This document shows, one piece after another, positions 10,281-20,005 of a stretch of DNA of 64,000 bases (positions are counted from its first letter, which is position 1; the number at the start of each line of letters is the position of its first letter). A model generated the notes under the pieces. The model was not told the DNA's origin. It saw only the letters and a list, made by a program, of their open reading frames with translations, and did not search any database. Origin of the DNA: Melioribacteraceae bacterium (GTDB lineage: Bacteria; Bacteroidota; Ignavibacteria; Ignavibacteriales; Melioribacteraceae); contig OY760517.1 of assembly GCA_963663615.1 (NCBI GenBank), positions 1,193,042 through 1,257,041 of the forward strand, in the 5' to 3' direction. The translations under genes and the position numbers were made by a program.

Positions 10281-12180
10281 CTGTGGCAAAAGCACAATAT
10301 TTAATGAAGTTGCAGGCTATAAAACCATAGCATCTAACTTTCCCGGCGTTAGTGTAGAGTTTACCAAAAGTGAAATAGATTTTAAAAACGAGAAATTTGA
10401 TCTTGTTGACCTGCCAGGATTATACTCATCCCAAACTACAGATGAAGCTGAACTTGTAACTGTTAAATATGTTAGGGAAAAACATGACGATGCTGTTTTA
10501 ATTAACATTATTGATGCCAGTGTACTTTCTCGTAGCCTTGAACTTACTTTGCAAATTGCCTCACTTAAACGTCCTATGGTTATTGGACTGAATATGATTG
10601 ACGAAGCCAGGGCAAAAGGGATGAAGATAGACTTTGAAAAGCTTGAGGAAATTTTTGGCGTTCCGGTTGTACCTACTGTTGGCAGAAAGGGTGAGGGCGT
10701 TTTTGAGCTTTTTGAGCAGGCATTTAATATTAGTAAAAGTAAAAAGTTACCCAATGAGATTGATTTTGACAAGCTTGAACCGGTTCTGAAAGAAATTTCG
10801 GATGTTCTTGCTAAAGAACAAAAGCCATATAAATTTAGTAAAAAATTTCTCGCTCTAAAACTTCTTGAAAAAGATAGTCCTCTTAAAGAGTATTTACAGC
10901 AGAATATTTCAAATATTGGGCGTTCTAAAATTGATAGTGTAATTGCTCAACTGGAAAGCCGGGAAAAAAAGGAATCGGAGTTTGTGGTTTCGGCAACACG
11001 GCACGATCTTGCTTTTACAATATTCAAGAAATGTGCTGTGCTTCAGCATACCGATAATAGGGATATCCGAACCAAAATTGATGATGTACTTATGCATCCT
11101 GTTTTTGGCTACTTTTTCATGGGTGGGTTATTATACTCAATGTTCTTTTTGATTTTTACCTTTGGTAATTTTATTGAGCCTTATTTCCTTGATAATATAG
11201 CTTTACTTACCGGGTATTTCGAAAACCTGCTTGGAAGTAATACACTCGCCTTTACAATTATTCATGGTGTTATTGAAGGTTTTGGTGGCGGACTTGGAAT
11301 TGTTGTGCCATATCTGTTACCCTTTTTTATCTTTCTTGCTGTTCTTGAGGATTCAGGGTATTTGGCAAGAATAGCCTACCTAATTGATAATTTTATGCAT
11401 AGAATTGGGTTACACGGACTTTCCGTAATACCAATTATTTTGGGATATGGTTGTACTGTACCTGGTATATTGGCTACCAGAATATTAAAATCTCCCACCG
11501 ATAAATTTATTACTGCTACCCTAACTACTTTGGTGCCATGTTCGGCAAGGATGACTATAATTTTTGGACTGGTTGGATTTTTTATCTCAATTAAAGCTGC
11601 AATTATTATTTACATACTTAACCTTATTATTATGGGGATAACAGGTAAGATAATGTCCAAAGCTATGGATGATGTTAGCTCCGGATTAATACTGGAAATA
11701 CCACGTTACCATATGCCCGGTTTTAAGGCATTTGTTGGTAAAACATGGTTCAGACTAAGGGAGTTTGTGCTTCTTGCATGGCCTATACTTATTATAGGTA
11801 GTATAGTTCTGGAAGTAATAAACTTTTACAATCTAACACCGTTTATCAATAATTTCCTCGAACCGTTTACTACCGGAGTGCTTGGTTTACCAGCAGTTAT
11901 TGGTGTTACTCTTTTATTTGGAATTATGCGTAAAGAGTTGGCGTTAATATTACTTTTTACAGCAATTGGTACAAAAGAAGTTTTAACAGTGCTTACTTAT
12001 GCACAAGTTTTCAGTTTTACACTTTTTGTTACATTTTACGTTCCATGCCTGGCTACAATTGCTGCATTGGCAAAAGAGCTTGGTTGGAAAAAAGCTTTAG
12101 TTATTTCAATTATTACCGCCGGTTTAGCTGTAATATTGGCAGTTGCTGCCAGATTTATAGTTCCGGTATTTGGTATATAA
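10249..12180 (+). CDS. feoB: Ferrous iron transporter FeoB (copy 1)
   Basis: N-terminal G-domain (GQPNCGKST, DLPG) followed by a polytopic membrane domain with the gate motifs (EDSGYLARIA). Confidence 0.95.
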   Translation: MAEFILIGQPNCGKSTIFNEVAGYKTIASNFPGVSVEFTKSEIDFKNEKFDLVDLPGLYSSQTTDEAELVTVKYVREKHDDAVLINIIDASVLSRSLELTLQIASLKRPMVIGLNMIDEARAKGMKIDFEKLEEIFGVPVVPTVGRKGEGVFELFEQAFNISKSKKLPNEIDFDKLEPVLKEISDVLAKEQKPYKFSKKFLALKLLEKDSPLKEYLQQNISNIGRSKIDSVIAQLESREKKESEFVVSATRHDLAFTIFKKCAVLQHTDNRDIRTKIDDVLMHPVFGYFFMGGLLYSMFFLIFTFGNFIEPYFLDNIALLTGYFENLLGSNTLAFTIIHGVIEGFGGGLGIVVPYLLPFFIFLAVLEDSGYLARIAYLIDNFMHRIGLHGLSVIPIILGYGCTVPGILATRILKSPTDKFITATLTTLVPCSARMTIIFGLVGFFISIKAAIIIYILNLIIMGITGKIMSKAMDDVSSGLILEIPRYHMPGFKAFVGKTWFRLREFVLLAWPILIIGSIVLEVINFYNLTPFINNFLEPFTTGVLGLPAVIGVTLLFGIMRKELALILLFTAIGTKEVLTVLTYAQVFSFTLFVTFYVPCLATIAALAKELGWKKALVISIITAGLAVILAVAARFIVPVFGI

Positions 12181-12225
12181 ATATTTTTGTCGAATAAACG
12201 GACTTGGAAGTCCAATGAGGCAGTT

Positions 12226-14499
12226 ATGTTAAAATTATTTTTACTATTTACAACGTTAAGTTCATTTATACTTGCTGGTACTCCAGTGCTAAAGGGAGTT
12301 ATAACCGACAAGGAAACAAACAAGCCTGTAGAAAAGGCAAATGTATATTTTAAGAACCTTGATATTGGAACGTTTACAAACAGTTTGGGAGAATACTACA
12401 TCACTGGAGTTGAATCCGGGGAAACTGAAATTTTTATATCCTGCGTTGGGTATAAAACTTACAGTAGCAAAATCAATCTTAAATCAGGCGAAAATAAATT
12501 AGATTTTCAGATAACACCCGGTGTTATCTCGCTTGGTGAAGTTAAAGTTACAAGTGGCAGATTTGTTCAGACTGAGAGAGAAATGATATCTCCTGCTGAA
12601 ATTATTGATGCAAAAAAGATTGCAATGGTAACACCAAACTCAATAAGCGAACTTGCCAAAACACAACCCGGTGTTAGTATAATACGGGATGGTGCCTGGG
12701 CAAGTACAATTAGTATTCGCGGTTTAAGTCGTAATAACATTGTAACTCTTGTTAACGGTACGCGAATGGAAACAGCTACAAGTGTTTCGGCAAAATTATC
12801 ATTAGTTGATGTTAATGATATTGAGCGAATTGAAATAATAAAAGGTGCTGCGTCAACACTTTACGGATCCGGTGCAACCGGGGGAATAATTAATATTATT
12901 ACTGCCGGAAATTCATTTACCGAAAACTTTATGATGAACGGTAAAATCTCATCAGGTTACAACTCGGTAAATAATATGACCTCAAATTATATTTCACTTG
13001 CGGCATCTAACAGTTTTTTGTGGTTTAAGGCTTCCTATACAACGAGGAATGCAGAATCAACAGAAACACCGGAAGGCAAGCTGGATAACAGTCAGTTCAG
13101 GGATAATAATATTTCTGCACAACTTGGTGTTAAACTATTTACCAGAGATGAATTTCTTGTGAAATTTGAGAAGTTTACAGCAGAAGATGTTGGAATACCC
13201 GGAGGAGCTCCTTTCCCGGCTACTGCCGTTGCCAAGTATCCTGAAACATACAGAACACATGTTTCGGCTGAATATAAATTTCGCCAGCTTAACGATGTAT
13301 TACCTGCTTTATCGTTGTTAGCTTACTATCAGGATATCCAGAGAAATGTTGAATTGCGTCCCAACGCTAATGCAAGAGTTACACCAAAAGCTTTACATAC
13401 TACATACGGAGCCAAACTAAAATCGGACTGGCTATTAAAAGACAAGCTTTTCAGTCTTGGTTTGGATTATTGGCAGAGAAGTTATGACGGTGAGCGTAAA
13501 ACAGAGAATTATGCTAAGAATTTGGTTAAAATTGATAAACCTGTGCCAAATTCAACATTTTCATCGTTTGGTATATTTGCTGATAACAAATCGAAACTAC
13601 TTGATGATAAACTGGAAATAGAGGTTGGTGCAAGATACGATTTTATAAATGTTACTAATGATGCAATTAGTAATCCAATAAGTATTACTGTTAATGGAAA
13701 TGATAAAACAAATTATGATGCTGATGCATCATACGCAAGTAATGATGTTACCGATAAATCATGGAGTGCAAGTTTGGGGGCAAATTATCATATCAACTCA
13801 TTTATTGATGTTACCGGTAATGTTGCTCGTTCATTCCGTTCACCAACACTTGAAGAACGTTACCAGTACCTTGATTTGGGTGGTATGAAATATTTTGGTA
13901 ACCCTGAGCTTAACTCGGAGCTTGGTACATTTCTCGACTTTGGCTTAAGGTTATGGCATGAAAAATTTACGCTAAAGGCTAATATATTCGGAAACTCATT
14001 TACTGATCTTGTGGTTGATTCCGAGGAAATTAAAGATAGTGTTTTCGTTAAGAAAAATGTTGGTGAAGCCAGAATTTACGGTTACGAAATTGCCGGAGAA
14101 TATAATTTTTATTCAAATATGTTAGTTTATGCTAATGTAGCTTATACCAGAGGTGAAGATACAGGCAATGATGTTAACCTTGATGGCATTCCTCCTTATA
14201 ATGGTATGCTTGGAATAAAAATACCAGTGAAGAATTATTTTACAGCAGAGCTTTCGGGAATGTTTAATTCGGATCAGGAAATGACTGGTGAATCTGAAGA
14301 CAGAACTGCCGGTTATTCGGTTTATAATTTATCACTTTCTTCCGGTAAATTTAACTATAATCGACTTGGTTTACAGTTAAGCTGTGGAGTTGATAATATC
14401 TTTGACCGTGCTTACAGGAATCACCTTTCAACATACCGCGGAATTCAATATATTGAGCCTGGAAGAAATTTATATCTAAAATTGAATGTTACTTATTAA
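12226..14499 (+). CDS. TonB-dependent receptor with N-terminal carboxypeptidase-regulatory-like domain
   Basis: CarbopepD_reg-like start (GVITDKETNKPVEKANVY), plug (IIRDGAWASTISIRGL, NGTRME) and a beta-barrel ending in an aromatic residue. ATG 12226 (signal MLKLFLLFTTLSSF) is preferred over TTG 12187. Confidence 0.85.
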   Translation: MLKLFLLFTTLSSFILAGTPVLKGVITDKETNKPVEKANVYFKNLDIGTFTNSLGEYYITGVESGETEIFISCVGYKTYSSKINLKSGENKLDFQITPGVISLGEVKVTSGRFVQTEREMISPAEIIDAKKIAMVTPNSISELAKTQPGVSIIRDGAWASTISIRGLSRNNIVTLVNGTRMETATSVSAKLSLVDVNDIERIEIIKGAASTLYGSGATGGIINIITAGNSFTENFMMNGKISSGYNSVNNMTSNYISLAASNSFLWFKASYTTRNAESTETPEGKLDNSQFRDNNISAQLGVKLFTRDEFLVKFEKFTAEDVGIPGGAPFPATAVAKYPETYRTHVSAEYKFRQLNDVLPALSLLAYYQDIQRNVELRPNANARVTPKALHTTYGAKLKSDWLLKDKLFSLGLDYWQRSYDGERKTENYAKNLVKIDKPVPNSTFSSFGIFADNKSKLLDDKLEIEVGARYDFINVTNDAISNPISITVNGNDKTNYDADASYASNDVTDKSWSASLGANYHINSFIDVTGNVARSFRSPTLEERYQYLDLGGMKYFGNPELNSELGTFLDFGLRLWHEKFTLKANIFGNSFTDLVVDSEEIKDSVFVKKNVGEARIYGYEIAGEYNFYSNMLVYANVAYTRGEDTGNDVNLDGIPPYNGMLGIKIPVKNYFTAELSGMFNSDQEMTGESEDRTAGYSVYNLSLSSGKFNYNRLGLQLSCGVDNIFDRAYRNHLSTYRGIQYIEPGRNLYLKLNVTY

Positions 14500-14521
14500 G
14501 TGATAAATTTTTAAGGGCAAT

Positions 14522-15403
14522 ATGACCTGGTTTTTCATGGCGGCTACTTCTGCATTGTTATCAGCAGTAGCCGCAATTTTACAAAAAAAGATTCTTAAGG
14601 AAACTGATGCATTATCATTTTCCTTCATGCTTTCAATATTTAATGTGATTTTTGCATTACCACTCTTGTATTTTGTTGAACCTTCCTCTTTAAGTTCCAC
14701 TTCTCTTGCTGTGTTGTATGGTAAAACAGTACTTGGTACATTTGCCTTTTATAATGTAATGCTGGCAATAAAAAATCTTGATATTTCAAGGGCGTTACCT
14801 TTGCTGGCAATTACTCCCGGACTTGTAGCAATATTTGCATTTTTACTCCTTGGTGATGCAATAAATGGTATTGAGGCTATTGGTGTTATGCTTCTTATTT
14901 TGGGTACATATTTACTTGAGCTTAAAAATAGAAGTGGTGTGTTTGAGCCATTCAAAATAATATTTTCTTCAAAGGCACATCGTTATATTTTGGCTGCATT
15001 ATTGTTGTTTACTACAACTTCTATTGTTGATAAACTTTTACTTAGTAATTTTAAATTACCACCAATTACAATGACGTTTTTCCAGCAGGTATTTCTTTTG
15101 GTAAACTTTGGCATTTTAGTACTTTTTACAAAAGGAAAGTTTGGAAGTATAAAAAACAAACTTAAACCAGGTAAGTTTTTAGCTATTATTGCCTTGGTAT
15201 CTTTAGTAACGCTTGTTTATAGATACACCCAGTTTGAAGCTGTTAAACTTGCTCCTGTTGCACTGGTTATTTCGGTTAAGCGAACTTCCATATTTTTTGC
15301 TACCGTTATAGGTGGCAAATTATTTGTTGAAGATGATCTGCTTAAAAGAGCAATTTCAGCAGTTGTAATACTTGTTGGGGCTGCCTTAATACTTTATTAC
15401 TAA
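14522..15403 (+). CDS. EamA/DMT-family transporter
   Basis: About 10 TM segments arranged as two EamA-like halves, 293 aa. Confidence 0.7.
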   Translation: MTWFFMAATSALLSAVAAILQKKILKETDALSFSFMLSIFNVIFALPLLYFVEPSSLSSTSLAVLYGKTVLGTFAFYNVMLAIKNLDISRALPLLAITPGLVAIFAFLLLGDAINGIEAIGVMLLILGTYLLELKNRSGVFEPFKIIFSSKAHRYILAALLLFTTTSIVDKLLLSNFKLPPITMTFFQQVFLLVNFGILVLFTKGKFGSIKNKLKPGKFLAIIALVSLVTLVYRYTQFEAVKLAPVALVISVKRTSIFFATVIGGKLFVEDDLLKRAISAVVILVGAALILYY

Positions 15404-15500
15404 TTGTAATATGAAAGATAATACCTAATGTCTTTTGTAAGCAGAAGAAATTATCCGATTAACTGAAAAATTATATTGCCTCTTTAAATAATCTGACTTA

Positions 15501-15525
15501 TATTTAGACCAAGTCTAAATTAAAA
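15501..15525 (+). promoter_or_regulatory. Candidate operator upstream of feoAB-2: perfect 7-3-7 inverted repeat
   Basis: TTTAGAC-CAA-GTCTAAA (15503-15519) is a perfect palindrome 16 nt upstream of the feoA ATG. It shares the core with 9955-9978. Confidence 0.45.
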
Positions 15526-15535
15526 TAGTGGTAAT

Positions 15536-15757
15536 ATGAGAACAGCAGCACAGATATCGAATGGTGAAAGAGTTACTATAAATAGTATCGATTTTTCAAA
15601 CCCGTATTCAGGCAGGTTACTTGAACTGGGTTTTACACCGGGACAAAATATTATGCTTGTAAATAAATCATTGTTTAGTGAACCGTATGCTTTTGCTGTT
15701 AGAGGTACAATGATTGCGTTACGTAAAAAGGAAGCAGAGATAATTAAGGTTTTATGA
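15536..15757 (+). CDS. feoA: Ferrous iron transport protein A (copy 2)
   Basis: 73-aa FeoA-like protein. Its stop overlaps the feoB start (ATGA). Confidence 0.8.
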   Translation: MRTAAQISNGERVTINSIDFSNPYSGRLLELGFTPGQNIMLVNKSLFSEPYAFAVRGTMIALRKKEAEIIKVL

Positions 15758-17691
15758 CTCAGGATACCGCTAAAGTAACTAAAAATATTGGACTTGTTGG
15801 TCCGCCAAACTCAGGTAAAACTACTATCTTTAATTTATTGTGCGGAACAAAATACAGAACCGTAAATTATCCGGGATCAACTGTTGAATATAATTCTGCC
15901 AGGGTACAGGGTAGTTCGGAAAACATTAATCTTATTGATTTTCCGGGAATAGTGTCTGTTAATCCTTCTTCGCCAGATGAAGAAGTTACAGTTAAATCCC
16001 TGTATAATCATCCGAGGTTTGGTAAACTAAAAGATATTATCGTTACAGCTGATTCAAGTCAGCTAACCCGCCATTTACTATTAGCTAAACAACTTTTGCA
16101 TTCAGGTTTTAATGTGCTACTGGTTTTAACAATGGAAGACATATTAAAAGAACGGGAAGTAAAAGTAGATACAACCAACCTTTCCGAAGCATTAAATTTG
16201 CCAATTGTTAAAGTTAATGGTAGAACAGGCGAGGGAAAAACAGACCTTTTGTTGGCAATAAATGATTTGATTAATCGTGCCGGTGATTATGAAAATGAAA
16301 TAACCGAATTGCGTAAGTTCGAACATAACGAAATACTCGATTCATATGACGAAATAGGTCAAATAGTAAGTAAATCATTAATACCGTATAATGCCGTTCA
16401 TGTTGAGGAGTCCGATCCCAAAAGCATGCAACTTGATCTGCCTGCTAAACTTACAATGGCACTGGATCGATTTGTGCTTCATCCGGTTATAGGAATTATA
16501 ATTTTTGTTACCCTAATGATGCTAACTTTTGCTTCAATATTTTGGCTTGCAGCTCCTTTAATGGATTTAACTGAAGAACTGTTTGTCTGGATGGGGACAT
16601 TACCTGCGATGTTATTTGGTGATGGAATTGTAACAGATCTACTTGCCGATGGTATAATAGGCGGTGCCGGAGCTGTTGTAGTTTTTGTTCCGCAGATTGC
16701 AATTTTATTCCTGATTCTTGGTATTCTTGAGGATAGCGGCTACCTTGCAAGAGGTGCAATGCTTGTTGATAAACCTCTTTCGGCAATTGGTTTAAATGGT
16801 AAATCGTTTGTACCAATGCTTTCAGGTTTTGCATGTGCCATTCCTGCTGTTATGGCAGCCAGAACTATTGAGAACAGACGCGAAAGATTACTAACTATTT
16901 TTATTATTCCGCTTTTAAGTTGTAGTGCCAGGTTACCGGTTTATTCTTTGCTTGTATCGTTTTTAATTCCAGCCGACTCATATCTTCTTGGCGGTTTGAT
17001 TATGACGATTATCTATATAACAGGTATAATCATTACAATTATTGTGAGTGCTGTTATTTCAGGATTCCTGAAAAAGAGCAGTACCTATCGGGATGAATCA
17101 TCTTTTATTCTTGAATTACCTTCTTACAGGGTGCCAAAGTTTAAAGTTATACTCTCTTCAACTTACCAAAGCACAATGGGGTATTTGCGTAAAGCAGGTC
17201 CTATTATTTTGGTCTTGTCTGTATTTATATGGGCAGCAAGTTATTTCCCTCTTAATAGTGAGCTTTCACCGGAAGACTCATTTGAACAGTCATATCTGGC
17301 TACTGCCGGTAAAATTATTGAACCGGTTATGCAACCAATGGACCTGGATTGGCGAGTAGGTGTTGGGATACTTTCATCGTTTGCCGCTCGTGAAATTTTT
17401 GTTAGTACCACCGCTCTAATATTTAAAAGCTCGGAAGAGGAAGAAATTCTTGTAACCCGCCTTCAAAATGCAAAGAAAAAAAGTGGTGAGCCTTTATTTA
17501 CTACTTCTACAATTATTGGGCTTATTCTCTTTTTCATCATCGCTATGCAATGTGTATCAACACTGGCTATTGTTAAAAAGGAGACAGGTGGTTGGCAAAT
17601 ACCAATTTTTCAGCTTGTTTTGTACTCGGGATTGGCTTACACGCTTTCAGTAGCTGTTATTAATGGTCTTCAGCTATTTGGCATTAGCTAA
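15754..17691 (+). CDS. feoB: Ferrous iron transporter FeoB (copy 2, divergent paralog)
   Basis: G-domain GPPNSGKTT, DFPG; membrane domain with EDSGYLARGA. Confidence 0.95.
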   Translation: MTQDTAKVTKNIGLVGPPNSGKTTIFNLLCGTKYRTVNYPGSTVEYNSARVQGSSENINLIDFPGIVSVNPSSPDEEVTVKSLYNHPRFGKLKDIIVTADSSQLTRHLLLAKQLLHSGFNVLLVLTMEDILKEREVKVDTTNLSEALNLPIVKVNGRTGEGKTDLLLAINDLINRAGDYENEITELRKFEHNEILDSYDEIGQIVSKSLIPYNAVHVEESDPKSMQLDLPAKLTMALDRFVLHPVIGIIIFVTLMMLTFASIFWLAAPLMDLTEELFVWMGTLPAMLFGDGIVTDLLADGIIGGAGAVVVFVPQIAILFLILGILEDSGYLARGAMLVDKPLSAIGLNGKSFVPMLSGFACAIPAVMAARTIENRRERLLTIFIIPLLSCSARLPVYSLLVSFLIPADSYLLGGLIMTIIYITGIIITIIVSAVISGFLKKSSTYRDESSFILELPSYRVPKFKVILSSTYQSTMGYLRKAGPIILVLSVFIWAASYFPLNSELSPEDSFEQSYLATAGKIIEPVMQPMDLDWRVGVGILSSFAAREIFVSTTALIFKSSEEEEILVTRLQNAKKKSGEPLFTTSTIIGLILFFIIAMQCVSTLAIVKKETGGWQIPIFQLVLYSGLAYTLSVAVINGLQLFGIS

Positions 17692-17773
17692 TTTTAGCAT
17701 TAAATACACTTGCATAATATTAGTTTAGTATTTACATTCTTTATTGTAATCATTTTCTGTTGAAGGAAATAAT

Positions 17774-19546
17774 ATGCGAGTTTATATTGTTATTGTTTTA
17801 TTTATCGTAGCAGCAACTTTATGTGCACAACAAAATAATCCTGAAATTACCAGTGAAGAGTTAAAAGATATTGTTTACTACCTTGCTGATGATACCCTTA
17901 AAGGTAGAAAACCCGGCACTGAAACCGGATACATGGCTGGTGATTTTATTAAAAAACAAGTTTCTTATGATGGTATAAGTTTTCTGGCTGAGGATGGCTT
18001 CCAGTATTTTGATATTGTAACCGGACTTTCATTAGGTGAAAATAACAAACTCGCCATAGCTGGCATTAACCTTAAGCTTGAAGAAGAATACACTCCCATG
18101 AATCTTTCTGCAAATAAATCCTTAAATGCAAATATGGCTTTTGTTGGTTATGGATTCTCAATTGATGCAGATAACCTTAAATGGGATGATTATGCTGGTG
18201 TTGATGTTAAGGATAAAATTGTTGTGCTATTGCGAGGTAAACCCGCTTTTGAAGATACAACCTTTTTGTTCGAGGATAATTCATCACTATGGAAAAAAGT
18301 TATTACTGCTAAGGATAAAGGGGCAGCGGGAGTTTTATTTGTTTCCGGAAAACAGTTTGATTATGACGATTCCCTCGTAAAACTTAGAATACAGCGTAGT
18401 TCTTCTGATGCTGGTGTACCGGTTGCACATCTAAAAAGAAGTGTACTGAATAAATTGCTTTCGGAGCTTGATGTTACCGTTGAGGAGCTTGAAGCTGTTT
18501 ACGAAAATAAAAAGGCTCCTTTTAGTTTTGATGTTGGTGTTGAGGCTGAATTTAATGTTGAGTTAAATGTTGTTAAGAAAAAGGCAAGAAATGTAATTGC
18601 TTATCTTGAGGGGAGTGATCTTAAAGATGAGGTTGTTGTGATTGGTGCACATTATGATCACCTTGGATTTGGCGGACCTGGCTCAGGTTCAAGACAACCC
18701 GATTCAATTGGTATTCATAACGGTGCTGATGATAATGGTTCGGGCACTGCTGCTGCAATTGAAATTTTTGAAAAGTTTGCTTTGGTAAATAATAACAGAA
18801 GAAGCATTATGTTTACAGCTTTTGATGCTGAAGAAATGGGTTTGTTAGGTTCAAAATATCTGGCTGAAAATTTACCTGTTAAAGGTAAAAAAATTGTTTA
18901 TATGGCTAATCTTGATATGATTGGCAGGATGGATAAAGAGGCTCGTGATTTTACTTTGGGTGGTACAGGTACAGCAAAGGAACTTCCTGAAATTATTAAT
19001 AAGTATAAGGAAAAGTATAATTTGCATCCTTCTTTTTCTCCTGAAGGTTTGGGACCTTCGGATCATGCATCATTTTATTCAATAGATGTTCCGGTAACGT
19101 TTGTTTTTACGGGTGTACATCCTGACTACCATACTCCGGCTGATGACAGAGAACTTGTTCATTATGATGAGCTAACTGATCTTTCAAGGTATATGTTCGA
19201 TATTATTAGCGATGTTGTTAACAGGGATAGTATTCTTACTTTTACCGAAGCCGGTCCAAAGGAAAGAGAAGACAGCGGCAGAAGAAGTTTTAAAGTATCT
19301 CTTGGTATTATGCCTGATTTTTCGGGCACAACTGATAAGGGATTAAAAGTTGATGCGGTAATGAAAGACCGACCTGCTGAAAAAGCCGGAGTTAAAAAAG
19401 GGGATATTATAATTGAATTTAATGGCAAAAAAGTTGCCAATATTTATGAATATATGGAACGACTTTCTGAAATGAAGACTGGTCAGAAAACTATAATTAA
19501 AGTTTTGCGGGATGAAAAGGAAGTTGAACTGGAAGTACAATTTTAG
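17774..19546 (+). CDS. M28-family aminopeptidase with PA domain and C-terminal PDZ domain
   Basis: Signal peptide; HYDHLG, GADDNGSGTAA, DAEEMGLLGS, NLDMIG and SDHASF (M28 Zn ligands); C-terminal GLKVDAVMKDRPAEKAGVKKGDIIIEFNGKKV (PDZ). Confidence 0.85.
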   Translation: MRVYIVIVLFIVAATLCAQQNNPEITSEELKDIVYYLADDTLKGRKPGTETGYMAGDFIKKQVSYDGISFLAEDGFQYFDIVTGLSLGENNKLAIAGINLKLEEEYTPMNLSANKSLNANMAFVGYGFSIDADNLKWDDYAGVDVKDKIVVLLRGKPAFEDTTFLFEDNSSLWKKVITAKDKGAAGVLFVSGKQFDYDDSLVKLRIQRSSSDAGVPVAHLKRSVLNKLLSELDVTVEELEAVYENKKAPFSFDVGVEAEFNVELNVVKKKARNVIAYLEGSDLKDEVVVIGAHYDHLGFGGPGSGSRQPDSIGIHNGADDNGSGTAAAIEIFEKFALVNNNRRSIMFTAFDAEEMGLLGSKYLAENLPVKGKKIVYMANLDMIGRMDKEARDFTLGGTGTAKELPEIINKYKEKYNLHPSFSPEGLGPSDHASFYSIDVPVTFVFTGVHPDYHTPADDRELVHYDELTDLSRYMFDIISDVVNRDSILTFTEAGPKEREDSGRRSFKVSLGIMPDFSGTTDKGLKVDAVMKDRPAEKAGVKKGDIIIEFNGKKVANIYEYMERLSEMKTGQKTIIKVLRDEKEVELEVQF

Positions 19547-19553
19547 GAATATT

Positions 19554-19862
19554 ATGGTTTTATTGGAGTTTAGTATTAGTCCAACCGGTAAAGGTGAATC
19601 GCTGAGTGAGGATGTTGCCGCTATTCTAAATGTTATTGATAATAGCGGTGTGCCTTACCAGTTAACCCCAATGGGTACTATACTTGAGGGGGAGTGGGAG
19701 GAAGTTATTTCGGTTGTTACAAACTGTTTTCATGAGATGGAGAAAAGGGCAAACAGAATTGGACTTCATCTTAAAGTTGATTATCGTAAAGGTGAAAATA
19801 GCAGACTGAAATCTAAAATGGCAAAAGTGGAAAATATACTGGGCAAAGAGTTAAATAAATAA
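19554..19862 (+). CDS. MTH1187/YkoF-family (DUF77) small protein
   Basis: MVLLEFSISPTGKGESLSEDVA...PYQLTPMGTILEG is typical of the family. ATG 19554 lies just after the M28 stop (19544-19546). Confidence 0.65.
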   Translation: MVLLEFSISPTGKGESLSEDVAAILNVIDNSGVPYQLTPMGTILEGEWEEVISVVTNCFHEMEKRANRIGLHLKVDYRKGENSRLKSKMAKVENILGKELNK

Positions 19863-20005
19863 AATAATTAGATGATGTGATTTAAATCGAAGTGATTAAT
19901 TTATTTTAGTGTATCTTACAAGTTTTTGGTGTGCAAAACCATTGGTGGGCGATGGGTATTTGGTGTTTTTGAATTTAGCGTATATGAATTAAATAGGAGT
20001 AGTTG

